Assembly: GCA_965243375.1 (NCBI GenBank)
Contig: CBDEUT010000009.1
Coordinates: forward strand, 896,401 to 960,400
Source: Alphaproteobacteria bacterium
GTDB lineage: Bacteria > Pseudomonadota > Alphaproteobacteria > UBA828
DNA length: 64,000 nucleotides
Direction: 5' to 3'
Positions 1 through 7,717 of the stretch are shown here, one piece after another (within the stretch, counting starts at the first letter, position 1; every line of letters begins with the position of its first letter). The notes under the pieces were generated by a model. The model saw only the letters and a program-made list of their open reading frames with translations, had not been told where the DNA came from and made no database searches. The position numbers were made by a program, and so were the translations under genes.

Positions 1-718
1 TTACCCACGCCGGTGGGAGAGGAGTTAGCCGGTGGGATCGCGGCCTGGCCGGATGACTACCGCGAGTTGAAAGGCTGGAACGGAGGGGACGGCGCTCCCG
101 CAGGATGCCATGGAGGAAGCCGACGACGAGAGCTGCGAAGGACCTGCTGGACGGTCGGGCGCTGGAGACCATTCCCATCATGGAGTATGTCTGGGAGAGG
201 TCCAACAGGGTCCGGGCAAATGAGCAACTGCTACGCGGGCGTGGGTGAGCGGACGGACGGCATGACGGGAAAATACTGGCGGCGCGTCCGGTGCGCTCTG
301 GACACCGCGCCTTCGAGGCCGGACGATCCACGTTATCGACCGAAGGTGTCAGACGGCGCCTGGATGTGGAAACCGGCCGGTTGCTATTCGATGACGGACG
401 TACGATGCCCCGGCGACCGACCTCGGTAAAATCGCAACGGTACCGCCGAGTTGAGGGCAGGTCCGCCGCCGGCCGGGATACCGGATCGCATATGAGGCAA
501 GAAGGTCGTGAAGAACTGGCTGGAGGTCATCTGGGCGGAAGCACGCGTAGGAAGCGAAGACCTGGCCCTGGCAGGGTTCTCGGTCGTCGGAGGAAACCCA
601 ACGTCAAAGACTTACGGCTTGGCACCGGTAGGCCGTTCGGCAACTGACCTCGCCCGCACAATTGAAACTCGTCCGGCAATGCTTGTAAGTGCAACGATGC
701 AACTCTTGGGAGGGACTG

Positions 719-922
719 ATGAAAGTCAGCATCAAAGATTTCGGCGTCGATATGGAAGTGAAGAACAGAGGGATTGAGTTTGAGATGCACTACAATGCTG
801 GTACTTTCAAGGGCAATTGTTATGTCACAAAGAGTGGCCTGATCTGGTGCGAAGGTAAAACCCAAAAGAAAAACGGCATTAGAGTTTCATGGGACGAATT
901 CATCGATTGGATGAATAGCTGA
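719..922 (+). CDS. small hypothetical protein (67 aa; MKVSIKDFGVDMEVKNRG...WDEFIDWMNS) in an AT-richer segment upstream of the TerB gene
   Basis: ORF in a locally lower-GC stretch (about 650-1250); balanced amino-acid composition; internal ATG at 719 chosen over the longer ORF start at 689; no recognisable domain. Confidence 0.35.
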   Translation: MKVSIKDFGVDMEVKNRGIEFEMHYNAGTFKGNCYVTKSGLIWCEGKTQKKNGIRVSWDEFIDWMNS

Positions 923-1245
923 ACACACTCACTCGTATTCTCCGGGATTGAATACAGCAGAATATGCCGTGTGGCCCCCCTTGATTCGGATTCCATCGCT
1001 ACAAGCGCGGTGTTCGCCGTGCGGATGTGCGATTCAATTCGCCACCACGATCTTGTGGATTTGTACAGAGCCGCGGGGTTGACGGCTGGCCTGCTACCGG
1101 TCTGGATGCTACATCGAGTATCAGGCAAGGAGGTCGTGGACACGGTGTAAATTGAACTTGGCAACAAAGCTCTTCCACGAACAGGTGACTTCCTCCGCGA
1201 ACTCGAGATTACTCCCTTACCCTCGGACTATCCGGCACGACAGAA

Positions 1246-3798
1246 ATGAACGAAGAATCCAATACGACGACTATCATCGTCGTCCTCGTAGTGCTCGGAT
1301 TGTTGGTCATCGGCACTATATTCCTCACACGATTCATCGTGCGTCGCATTTCGCGTGCGTTTTCGCGTCAGCCATCTCAGCAGCGCGCAGGCCAAAGAGA
1401 GACGAAGGAGAAAAAGGGGTCTCCCAAGGATGCTCCCGGCTCCGCTTTCAAGGAGCCCACGCTCGGACCGAAAACCTCAGCTCGTGAGCATACTGCCCCC
1501 AAGACCCAACGTCCGGAGGCGCCAGTCGCCCGCACAGCTCCTCCAAAGTCCCAGACCCCAGAATCGCCGCCGGTCGTCGGCCTGTCCTCTGGCGAGTCCC
1601 ACCCCCAGGACGCGTCGCCTCCTTCCAAGGAGCCCACGTCAAGTACAACGCGCCGAACGAGGACTAAACGGCGCGTCGGATCAGGATGGGTTCCCAAGGA
1701 CGGCAGCGCCTATGTCGGCGGCCGGGAGATTGGCGGCATGGTTTACATTGGTCGAGGGCCGCGTACCGGTAGCTTCAACGAACCGGACAACGCCTTTATC
1801 GATCCGAGCAAGAACGTCGCCACGCGCGGCGGCGACTATGAGGGCCAGGGCATGGACTTCTGGCCCAACTATTCGACCATCGATGCTCGGTCACGAGCGA
1901 CTTATCTTGACTGGCTGTCCAGCGGCCGCTCTGACACTCGCTACGACGTCGGATTTGTGTTTCTTTACTTTTATGGGCTCGAGCGACGAGTCTTTGTCGA
2001 CAGGACGGAACCGCAGGAACGTGCCGGCATCATTGCCGAAGTTCGCAGACTGCTTGAGGTGTACGGCGATGACCACTCGATACGTCGTTACCTCGGCGCC
2101 TTCCTTGATACGACGAGCCTCATGGACTCGAGCGACGATCCCCAACCCGTTTTCGAGCACGATGGATACGAGATGCCGGCGAATGTGTTGCTCGCACTCG
2201 GTCGAATGGCGGCACGCGCCGAGCCACTGACGTCGGATTGGATTCTGTCCTGGTTCCTATGCCATCCCGAGACAAGGTTGAGAACACCAGCCAAGCGCGC
2301 CTTTGCCGAGTTCAAAGCTTACTTTCGTCACATGTTCGATAAAGAGTACACGGATGGGCTGAAGATTCGCACGCCAAAGCGGCGTTTGAAACTCCAGTAT
2401 CACGCCGCATCGGGAAATTTTGCGACAGATCTGAAGGAGTACCTGGGCGATATACCCGATGTTTCGAGTCTCTCGGCGCCACTCCGTATTGCGGAAAGGA
2501 TAGCCGACACGAGTGCTGATGACCTGGACAAGTACAGTCGTTACCTCGGGCGCAATCCCGATGGGCAAGGCACCATTGAGGCCCACGCCCTCTTGCCCGA
2601 AGCCCTGTGGCTGTTGTTCCCATGTCCCGAGAAGGAGGAGCTTCAGACCTGGACGACGGAACAGATCGAGTCCGGCGGGCTCGTGCCGGTCGAAGACGTC
2701 GTCGAGCGACTGGAAGGGGCTCGGCCTGACAAGATCGGGAAGCGCCAGCTGATCGGGGTAGCCGATGCGCTTGCGAGACTCGGCGTGGGCATGGCGCCCG
2801 ATCCACGTTTCGCTCTCAGGAAGCCGCAATTCGGCGAACCCGTGGTTCTGTTCCATCTGCCGAGAGACACACGCATGATCGAGAGCCCGGGCGAAGCGTA
2901 TCGAAGCGCGATCCTCAACCTCGCGGTCGCGACGCTTGTAGCCCACGCGGATGGCCACATCGATCATGCGGAGCGGGAGCATATGGTTGGTCAGATCGAT
3001 GCCAATCGATCGGTAACCGATGCCGAGCGGGCGCGGCTGCACGCGAATCTCTCCTGGATGATCGCTGTCCCGCCCGACATCGGCATGTTGCGGACCCGGC
3101 TTCGCAACACGCCCGAAGAGCTGCGAAGCGCGCTGGGTCAATTGGCGGTCATCGCAGCGGGGGCAGATGGCGCGATCGACCCGGAGGAAATTCGCGTCAT
3201 CGAGCGACTCTATGCGGTGATGGGCTTGGAGCGCGAGCGTGTTTACAGCGATTTGCACGGGCTCACCTCTGCGCCGGAGCCGGTGACTGTGCGCCCTGCA
3301 GATCAAGGTACGCGCGAGTTTGCGATCCCTTCGCCACCACCAGAGGCGCCCGCAGATGCCGTGACCCTGGATGCGGCCCGCGTATCAGCTGTGATGGCCG
3401 ACACCGCGCGTGTCAGCCAGGTGCTCGGCGACATTTTCGCGGACGGCGATGACGAAGATGAGGAAAGTGTCGACGACAGCGTTACCGAAGCAAGCGATGA
3501 ATTCAGTGGACTCGACGCGTCACACAGGGCTGTCGTGTCGGTGCTGATCACGCGCCGCCAATGGACAGAGGACGAGGTCGCGGTGCTGACCGACGAGAAT
3601 CAACTGATGGCCGCGGGCGCACTCGAGACCATCAATGAGTGGTCCTTCGGCAAGTACGATGACTCCCTAATCGAAGAATACAATGGCTATGAGATAAACG
3701 TAAGCGCCGCGCCGTCACCCTCGTTGTTGTCTGAGATTTTCGTGGTCATCTGGACCCCGTCAACGACGGAGGTGACAGATGACAGACACATTGCATGA
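1246..3798 (+). CDS. membrane-anchored TerB-N / TerB / TerB-C domain protein (Shango SngA-like); C-terminus altered by IS66 insertion
   Basis: N-terminal TM helix (IIVVLVVLGLLVIGTIFLTRFIV) followed by a Pro/Lys/Ser-rich low-complexity linker; two ADG-x-ID-x-E TerB-type motifs (AHADGHIDHAEREHM, AAGADGAIDPEEIRVIERLY); acidic C-terminal module (DDEDEESVDD...TINEWSFGKYDDSLIEEYNGYEIN) typical of TerB-C; the last 35 codons and the stop lie inside the IS66 left end. Confidence 0.8.
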   Translation: MNEESNTTTIIVVLVVLGLLVIGTIFLTRFIVRRISRAFSRQPSQQRAGQRETKEKKGSPKDAPGSAFKEPTLGPKTSAREHTAPKTQRPEAPVARTAPPKSQTPESPPVVGLSSGESHPQDASPPSKEPTSSTTRRTRTKRRVGSGWVPKDGSAYVGGREIGGMVYIGRGPRTGSFNEPDNAFIDPSKNVATRGGDYEGQGMDFWPNYSTIDARSRATYLDWLSSGRSDTRYDVGFVFLYFYGLERRVFVDRTEPQERAGIIAEVRRLLEVYGDDHSIRRYLGAFLDTTSLMDSSDDPQPVFEHDGYEMPANVLLALGRMAARAEPLTSDWILSWFLCHPETRLRTPAKRAFAEFKAYFRHMFDKEYTDGLKIRTPKRRLKLQYHAASGNFATDLKEYLGDIPDVSSLSAPLRIAERIADTSADDLDKYSRYLGRNPDGQGTIEAHALLPEALWLLFPCPEKEELQTWTTEQIESGGLVPVEDVVERLEGARPDKIGKRQLIGVADALARLGVGMAPDPRFALRKPQFGEPVVLFHLPRDTRMIESPGEAYRSAILNLAVATLVAHADGHIDHAEREHMVGQIDANRSVTDAERARLHANLSWMIAVPPDIGMLRTRLRNTPEELRSALGQLAVIAAGADGAIDPEEIRVIERLYAVMGLERERVYSDLHGLTSAPEPVTVRPADQGTREFAIPSPPPEAPADAVTLDAARVSAVMADTARVSQVLGDIFADGDDEDEESVDDSVTEASDEFSGLDASHRAVVSVLITRRQWTEDEVAVLTDENQLMAAGALETINEWSFGKYDDSLIEEYNGYEINVSAAPSPSLLSEIFVVIWTPSTTEVTDDRHIA

Positions 3799-4204
3799 AC
3801 GAGTGACGGAGGACGCCACCGACGCTTCGGTCGCGGTCGCGACGAGCGCGCACGGCGCACGGGTCTGGCCGGAAGCGGTGAAGGCGCGGATCGTGGAGGA
3901 GACGTTCGAGGAGGGAGCGACGGTGGCGGGGGTTGCCCGGCGTCACGGCCTCTCACGGACGCAGTTGAGCGGCTGGCGGCGCATGGCTCGGGACGGGCTT
4001 CTCGGCCCGGTCGCCGGCGCGGGCGACGATCCGTTCGGCCTGGTCCCGGTGACGGTGTCGGTCGCTGCTGAGCGGAACGGCGCGGCCTCGGTGCCCGCGG
4101 ATGGTATCGCGATCGAGATCGCCGACATCCGGGTGGTGGTGCCGCCGGACTTCGACGCGGGGCACCTGTCGCGCATCCTGGTCTGCGTTCGGGCCGCGCC
4201 ATGA
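3779..4204 (+). CDS. tnpA: IS66 accessory protein TnpA (orf1)
   Basis: 141 aa with the ...ARIVEETFEEGATVAGVARRHGLSRTQLSGWRR HTH typical of IS66 TnpA; stop overlaps the tnpB start. Confidence 0.85.
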   Translation: MTDTLHERVTEDATDASVAVATSAHGARVWPEAVKARIVEETFEEGATVAGVARRHGLSRTQLSGWRRMARDGLLGPVAGAGDDPFGLVPVTVSVAAERNGAASVPADGIAIEIADIRVVVPPDFDAGHLSRILVCVRAAP

Positions 4205-4554
4205 TCCTGACCGGGGAGAAGATCCGGGTCTGGCTGGCGACCCGCCCCGTCGACTTCCGAAAGGGACATGACGGGCTGTCGGCGGTGGTGCAGACGGTGC
4301 TGGGTCACGACCCCTATAGCGGCGCGGTCTTCGCCTTCCGCTCCAAGCGAGGCGACAGAATGAAGATCCTGGTCTGGGACCGCACCGGGCTGGTCATGGT
4401 CTACAAGCGCCTGGAGGGCGGCGGCTTCCAGTGGCCGCGCCCCTCGGACGGCGTGATCGGACTGTCGCCGGCGCAGTTCTCGGCGTTGTTCGAAGGTCTC
4501 GACTGGAAGGCGGTCCGGGCCGTGCGACGGCCTCGGCCGCGCCAGGCGGCCTGA
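4201..4554 (+). CDS. tnpB: IS66 TnpB (orf2)
   Basis: 117 aa, MILTGEKIRVWLATRPVDFRKGHDGLSAVV...VFAFRSKRGDRMKILVWDRTGL, canonical IS66 Orf2. Confidence 0.9.
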   Translation: MILTGEKIRVWLATRPVDFRKGHDGLSAVVQTVLGHDPYSGAVFAFRSKRGDRMKILVWDRTGLVMVYKRLEGGGFQWPRPSDGVIGLSPAQFSALFEGLDWKAVRAVRRPRPRQAA

Positions 4555-4700
4555 CCGCGCAGCTTGCCGTTTCACCGGGGAACGGTGTCCATCCCACCGT
4601 CTCCCCGGTGTCGCCAAGACGAGCTATCCGGCCCCGTTTACGGCGGGGCCGGAAGCATGTTCACCTTGCGTTACCTCATTGATTCTGCTAGAGGAATCCC

Positions 4701-6329
4701 ATGATAACCAGCATGGGAAGCGCCGTTCCCGTGAGTGATCTGCAACGCCGTCTGGCGGCCGTCGAAGCCCAACTTGCGAAGGAGCGTGCCGAGCGCAAGG
4801 CCGCCGAGGACGCGCTGGCTGTGTCCGAGCGGGCGCGCGAACGCCTGGAGCGGATCATCGCCTCGCTGAACCATGCCGTGTGGGGCGCGCGCTCGGAGAA
4901 GCGCCATGCCGATCAGGACCGGCTGCCGCTGTTCGAGGACATCGCGGTCGCCGAGGGGATGCTGGCGGAAGCCCAGGAGAAGGCCGACGCGGCGACCGGC
5001 AGGCAGCGGCGCAAGCCACAGCCGACCAATCGCAACCTCGGCCATCTGCCCAAGCACCTCGAACGCTTCGAGAAGGTGATCGAGCCGGAGAGCGCGGAGT
5101 GCCCTTGCGGCTGCGGCGAGATGGTGAAGGTCGGCGAGGACCGCACCGAGCGGCTCGACGTCGTGCCGGCGAAGTTGAGGGTGCTGGTGACGATCCGGCC
5201 GAAATACATCTGCCGCGCCTGCGAAGGCAAACAGAGCACCCAGGCGCCGGCGCCGGAATATCTGGTGCCGCGCGGCCTGCCGACCGAGGCGCTGGTGGCG
5301 CACACGCTGGTCGCCAAGTTCGCCGATCACCAACCGTTCTACCGTCAGAGCGAGGCATACCGTCGCGAGGGGATCGACCTCGACCGCACCATGCTGGGGA
5401 ACTGGGCGGGGCGCGGGATGCAGGTGCTGGCCCCGGTGATCGACCGGATGATCGAGCACCTCAAGGCGTCGGACGGTCTGTTCATGGACGAGACCACGGT
5501 GCCGGTGATGGCGCCGGGGACCGGCAAGACGCGCCTCGACTATCTGTGGGCGATCGCCCGCGATCAGCGCGGCTATGGCGGGGCCGACCCGCCGATCGTG
5601 GTGTTCCACCACTCGCGCCATCGAAGTGCGAAGGTCGCTCTTGAGTTGATGCGGGGCTACACCGGCGGCGGCCCGCTGCACGTGGACGGCTACAGGGTGT
5701 ACGACGCGCTCGGCGATCCGAAGCAGACGGTCAGCCCATGGGTGCTTGCCTACTGCTGGGTCCACTGGCGGAGACGCTTCGTCGACTTCCAGCGCGGCAC
5801 GGCCTCGCCCGTGTGCGAGGAAATCCTCGAACGGATCGCGGCGCTGTACCGGATCGAGGCCATGGTGCGCGGCCACCCGCCGGAGCTTCGGCTGAAGGCG
5901 CGGCAGGAGTTGTCGGCACCGATCGTCGAGGCCATGCGGCCCTGGCTTGAGGCCCAGCTCGACCGTCTGTCCAGCGCGTCCGAACTCGCCAAGCACATCC
6001 GATATGCCCTCAAGCGCTGGGACGGCCTGTGCCGGTTCCTCCATGACGGGCGTATCGAGATGGACACCAACCCCATCGAGAACCTCATCCGCCCGGTGAA
6101 GCTCACAAAGAAAAACGCGCTCTTCGCCGGCAGCGACGACGGCGCCAGGACATGGGCGCGGTGTGCCAGCCTGATCGGCACCTGCAAGCTCAACGGCATC
6201 AATCCGCAGGTCTACCTGACCGACACCCTGCGCCGGATCGTCGACATGCACCCCGTGTCACGCATCGACGAGCTCATGCCCTGGAACTTCGCTCCGACAA
6301 TCCCGGGCGTCACCCGTCAACAAGGGTGA
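4701..6329 (+). CDS. tnpC: IS66-family transposase TnpC
   Basis: 542 aa; N-terminal leucine zipper/coiled coil, CPCGCG...CRAC zinc finger, DETT DDE core, C-terminal conserved region of IS66 TnpC. Confidence 0.9.
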   Translation: MITSMGSAVPVSDLQRRLAAVEAQLAKERAERKAAEDALAVSERARERLERIIASLNHAVWGARSEKRHADQDRLPLFEDIAVAEGMLAEAQEKADAATGRQRRKPQPTNRNLGHLPKHLERFEKVIEPESAECPCGCGEMVKVGEDRTERLDVVPAKLRVLVTIRPKYICRACEGKQSTQAPAPEYLVPRGLPTEALVAHTLVAKFADHQPFYRQSEAYRREGIDLDRTMLGNWAGRGMQVLAPVIDRMIEHLKASDGLFMDETTVPVMAPGTGKTRLDYLWAIARDQRGYGGADPPIVVFHHSRHRSAKVALELMRGYTGGGPLHVDGYRVYDALGDPKQTVSPWVLAYCWVHWRRRFVDFQRGTASPVCEEILERIAALYRIEAMVRGHPPELRLKARQELSAPIVEAMRPWLEAQLDRLSSASELAKHIRYALKRWDGLCRFLHDGRIEMDTNPIENLIRPVKLTKKNALFAGSDDGARTWARCASLIGTCKLNGINPQVYLTDTLRRIVDMHPVSRIDELMPWNFAPTIPGVTRQQG

Positions 6330-6394
6330 CGGCGCGGCGCTTACAGATAAACGGCGACGTCGCCCAACAGTTGATGCGTTGACGGGAGAGGAAC

Positions 6395-7717
6395 ATGAAG
6401 CGTCCCAAGATCAAGCGGCGCGAGCGCGACACGATCATCCAGGCCTTGCGTGCAGGCGTCGTCCCCAAGCTGGGCCTGCGGCACATCCAAGTCGGGCGGG
6501 CGCGAGAGACCACCGAAATGGTCCGAGATGTCGAACGGATCGGCGAAGGGGGCGCCTCCATCCGCTTCGTGATTGGAGAGTATGGATCGGGCAAGACGTT
6601 CTTCCTCAATCTCGTTCGGCTCATTGCCTTGGAGAAGGGACTGGTCGTGCTTTCGGCGGACTTGGCGCCCGACCGACGCATCCATGCCACGGGCGGGCAA
6701 GCCCGTTCGCTGTATGCGGAGCTCACGCGAAATGCCTCGACCCGCACGAAACCGGAGGGCGGCGCGCTCGCCAGCGTGGTGGAGAGGTTCGTCACCCAGG
6801 CGGTCCGCGAGGCGGACGCCTCCGAGCGAACAGCGGATGCCGTGATCCGAGACAAGCTGGACCATCTCGAGGAGCTGACGGGCGGCTACGACTTCGCCAC
6901 GGTCATCGCCAGGTATTGGGAAGGGCACGAGACGGGTGACGACGAGCTGAAGTCGAATGCGCTGCGCTGGCTCAGGGCCGAGTTCGCGACCAGGACGGAT
7001 GCGCGCAAGGCGCTCGGCGTTCGCACGATCATCGATGACTCCAGCGTCTACGATCACCTGAAGCTCCTGTCCGCATTCGTGCGCGAGGCGGGCTACGGCG
7101 GATTGCTGGTGGAGCTCGATGAACTCGTAAACCTCTACAAGCTCACCAACAGCCAGGCACGTAACGCCAACTATGAACAGATTCTCCGCATCCTGAACGA
7201 CGTTCTCCAAGGCAGTGCCGCGCATCTCGGCTTCATGCTGGGCGGCACCCCGGAGTTTCTCATGGACACGCGGCGGGGCCTCTACAGCTACGAAGCGCTC
7301 CAGTCGCGGCTCGCGGAGAACACCTTCGCACGAGACGGACTGGTCGATCTGTCCGGGCCGGTCATGCGTCTTTCCGGCCTGACGAAGGAAGATTTGTTCG
7401 TGCTGTTGGCCAACGTCAGGCGCGTGTTTCTGGGAGACGAGACGGGTGCCGCGCCGGACGATGCCCTGAAGGCGTTCATGGCGCACTGCTCGCAGCGGAT
7501 CGGCGACGTCTATTTCCGGACGCCGAGAACCACGGTCACCGCCTTCGTGAACATGCTCTCGGTCATCGAGCAGAACCCGGGGACGGCATGGCAGGACCTC
7601 GTCGACGATGTTGAGATCGTGGCGGATGGCGGCGATGACTTGAGCGACATCATCGACAACGAGGCAGCGAAGAGTGGGCAGGAGGCTGACGATGACCTCA
7701 CCAGCTTCCGCCTCTGA
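6395..7717 (+). CDS. P-loop ATPase (Shango SngB-like)
   Basis: 440 aa; Walker A GEYGSGKT near residue 60, Walker B-like LLVELDEL; RBS GGGAGAGG 5 nt upstream; 12 nt downstream of the reconstructed pre-insertion stop of the TerB gene. Confidence 0.8.
   Translation: MKRPKIKRRERDTIIQALRAGVVPKLGLRHIQVGRARETTEMVRDVERIGEGGASIRFVIGEYGSGKTFFLNLVRLIALEKGLVVLSADLAPDRRIHATGGQARSLYAELTRNASTRTKPEGGALASVVERFVTQAVREADASERTADAVIRDKLDHLEELTGGYDFATVIARYWEGHETGDDELKSNALRWLRAEFATRTDARKALGVRTIIDDSSVYDHLKLLSAFVREAGYGGLLVELDELVNLYKLTNSQARNANYEQILRILNDVLQGSAAHLGFMLGGTPEFLMDTRRGLYSYEALQSRLAENTFARDGLVDLSGPVMRLSGLTKEDLFVLLANVRRVFLGDETGAAPDDALKAFMAHCSQRIGDVYFRTPRTTVTAFVNMLSVIEQNPGTAWQDLVDDVEIVADGGDDLSDIIDNEAAKSGQEADDDLTSFRL

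Larger units (their letters stand above)
3700..6344 (+). mobile_element. IS66-family insertion sequence copy 1 (tnpA-tnpB-tnpC), 2,645 bp
   Basis: 27-bp terminal inverted repeats GTAAGCGCCGCGCCGTCACCCTCGTTG (3700-3726) and its complement at 6318-6344 (1 mismatch); perfect 8-bp direct repeat AGATAAAC at 3692-3699 and 6345-6352, the IS66 TSD length. Confidence 0.9.

Noticed and set aside
13-865. ORFs at the window start (13-429, 291-647, 508-777, 527-865)
   Set aside because: They are mutually overlapping GC-rich ORFs without RBS, domain signatures or coding-like composition. They may be a truncated gene at the window edge, but this cannot be supported.
4671-6251. 526-aa ORF antisense to IS66 tnpC (and similar antisense ORFs 15458-17617, 42637-44256)
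   Set aside because: Composition is non-protein-like; the sense strand encodes well-conserved transposases.
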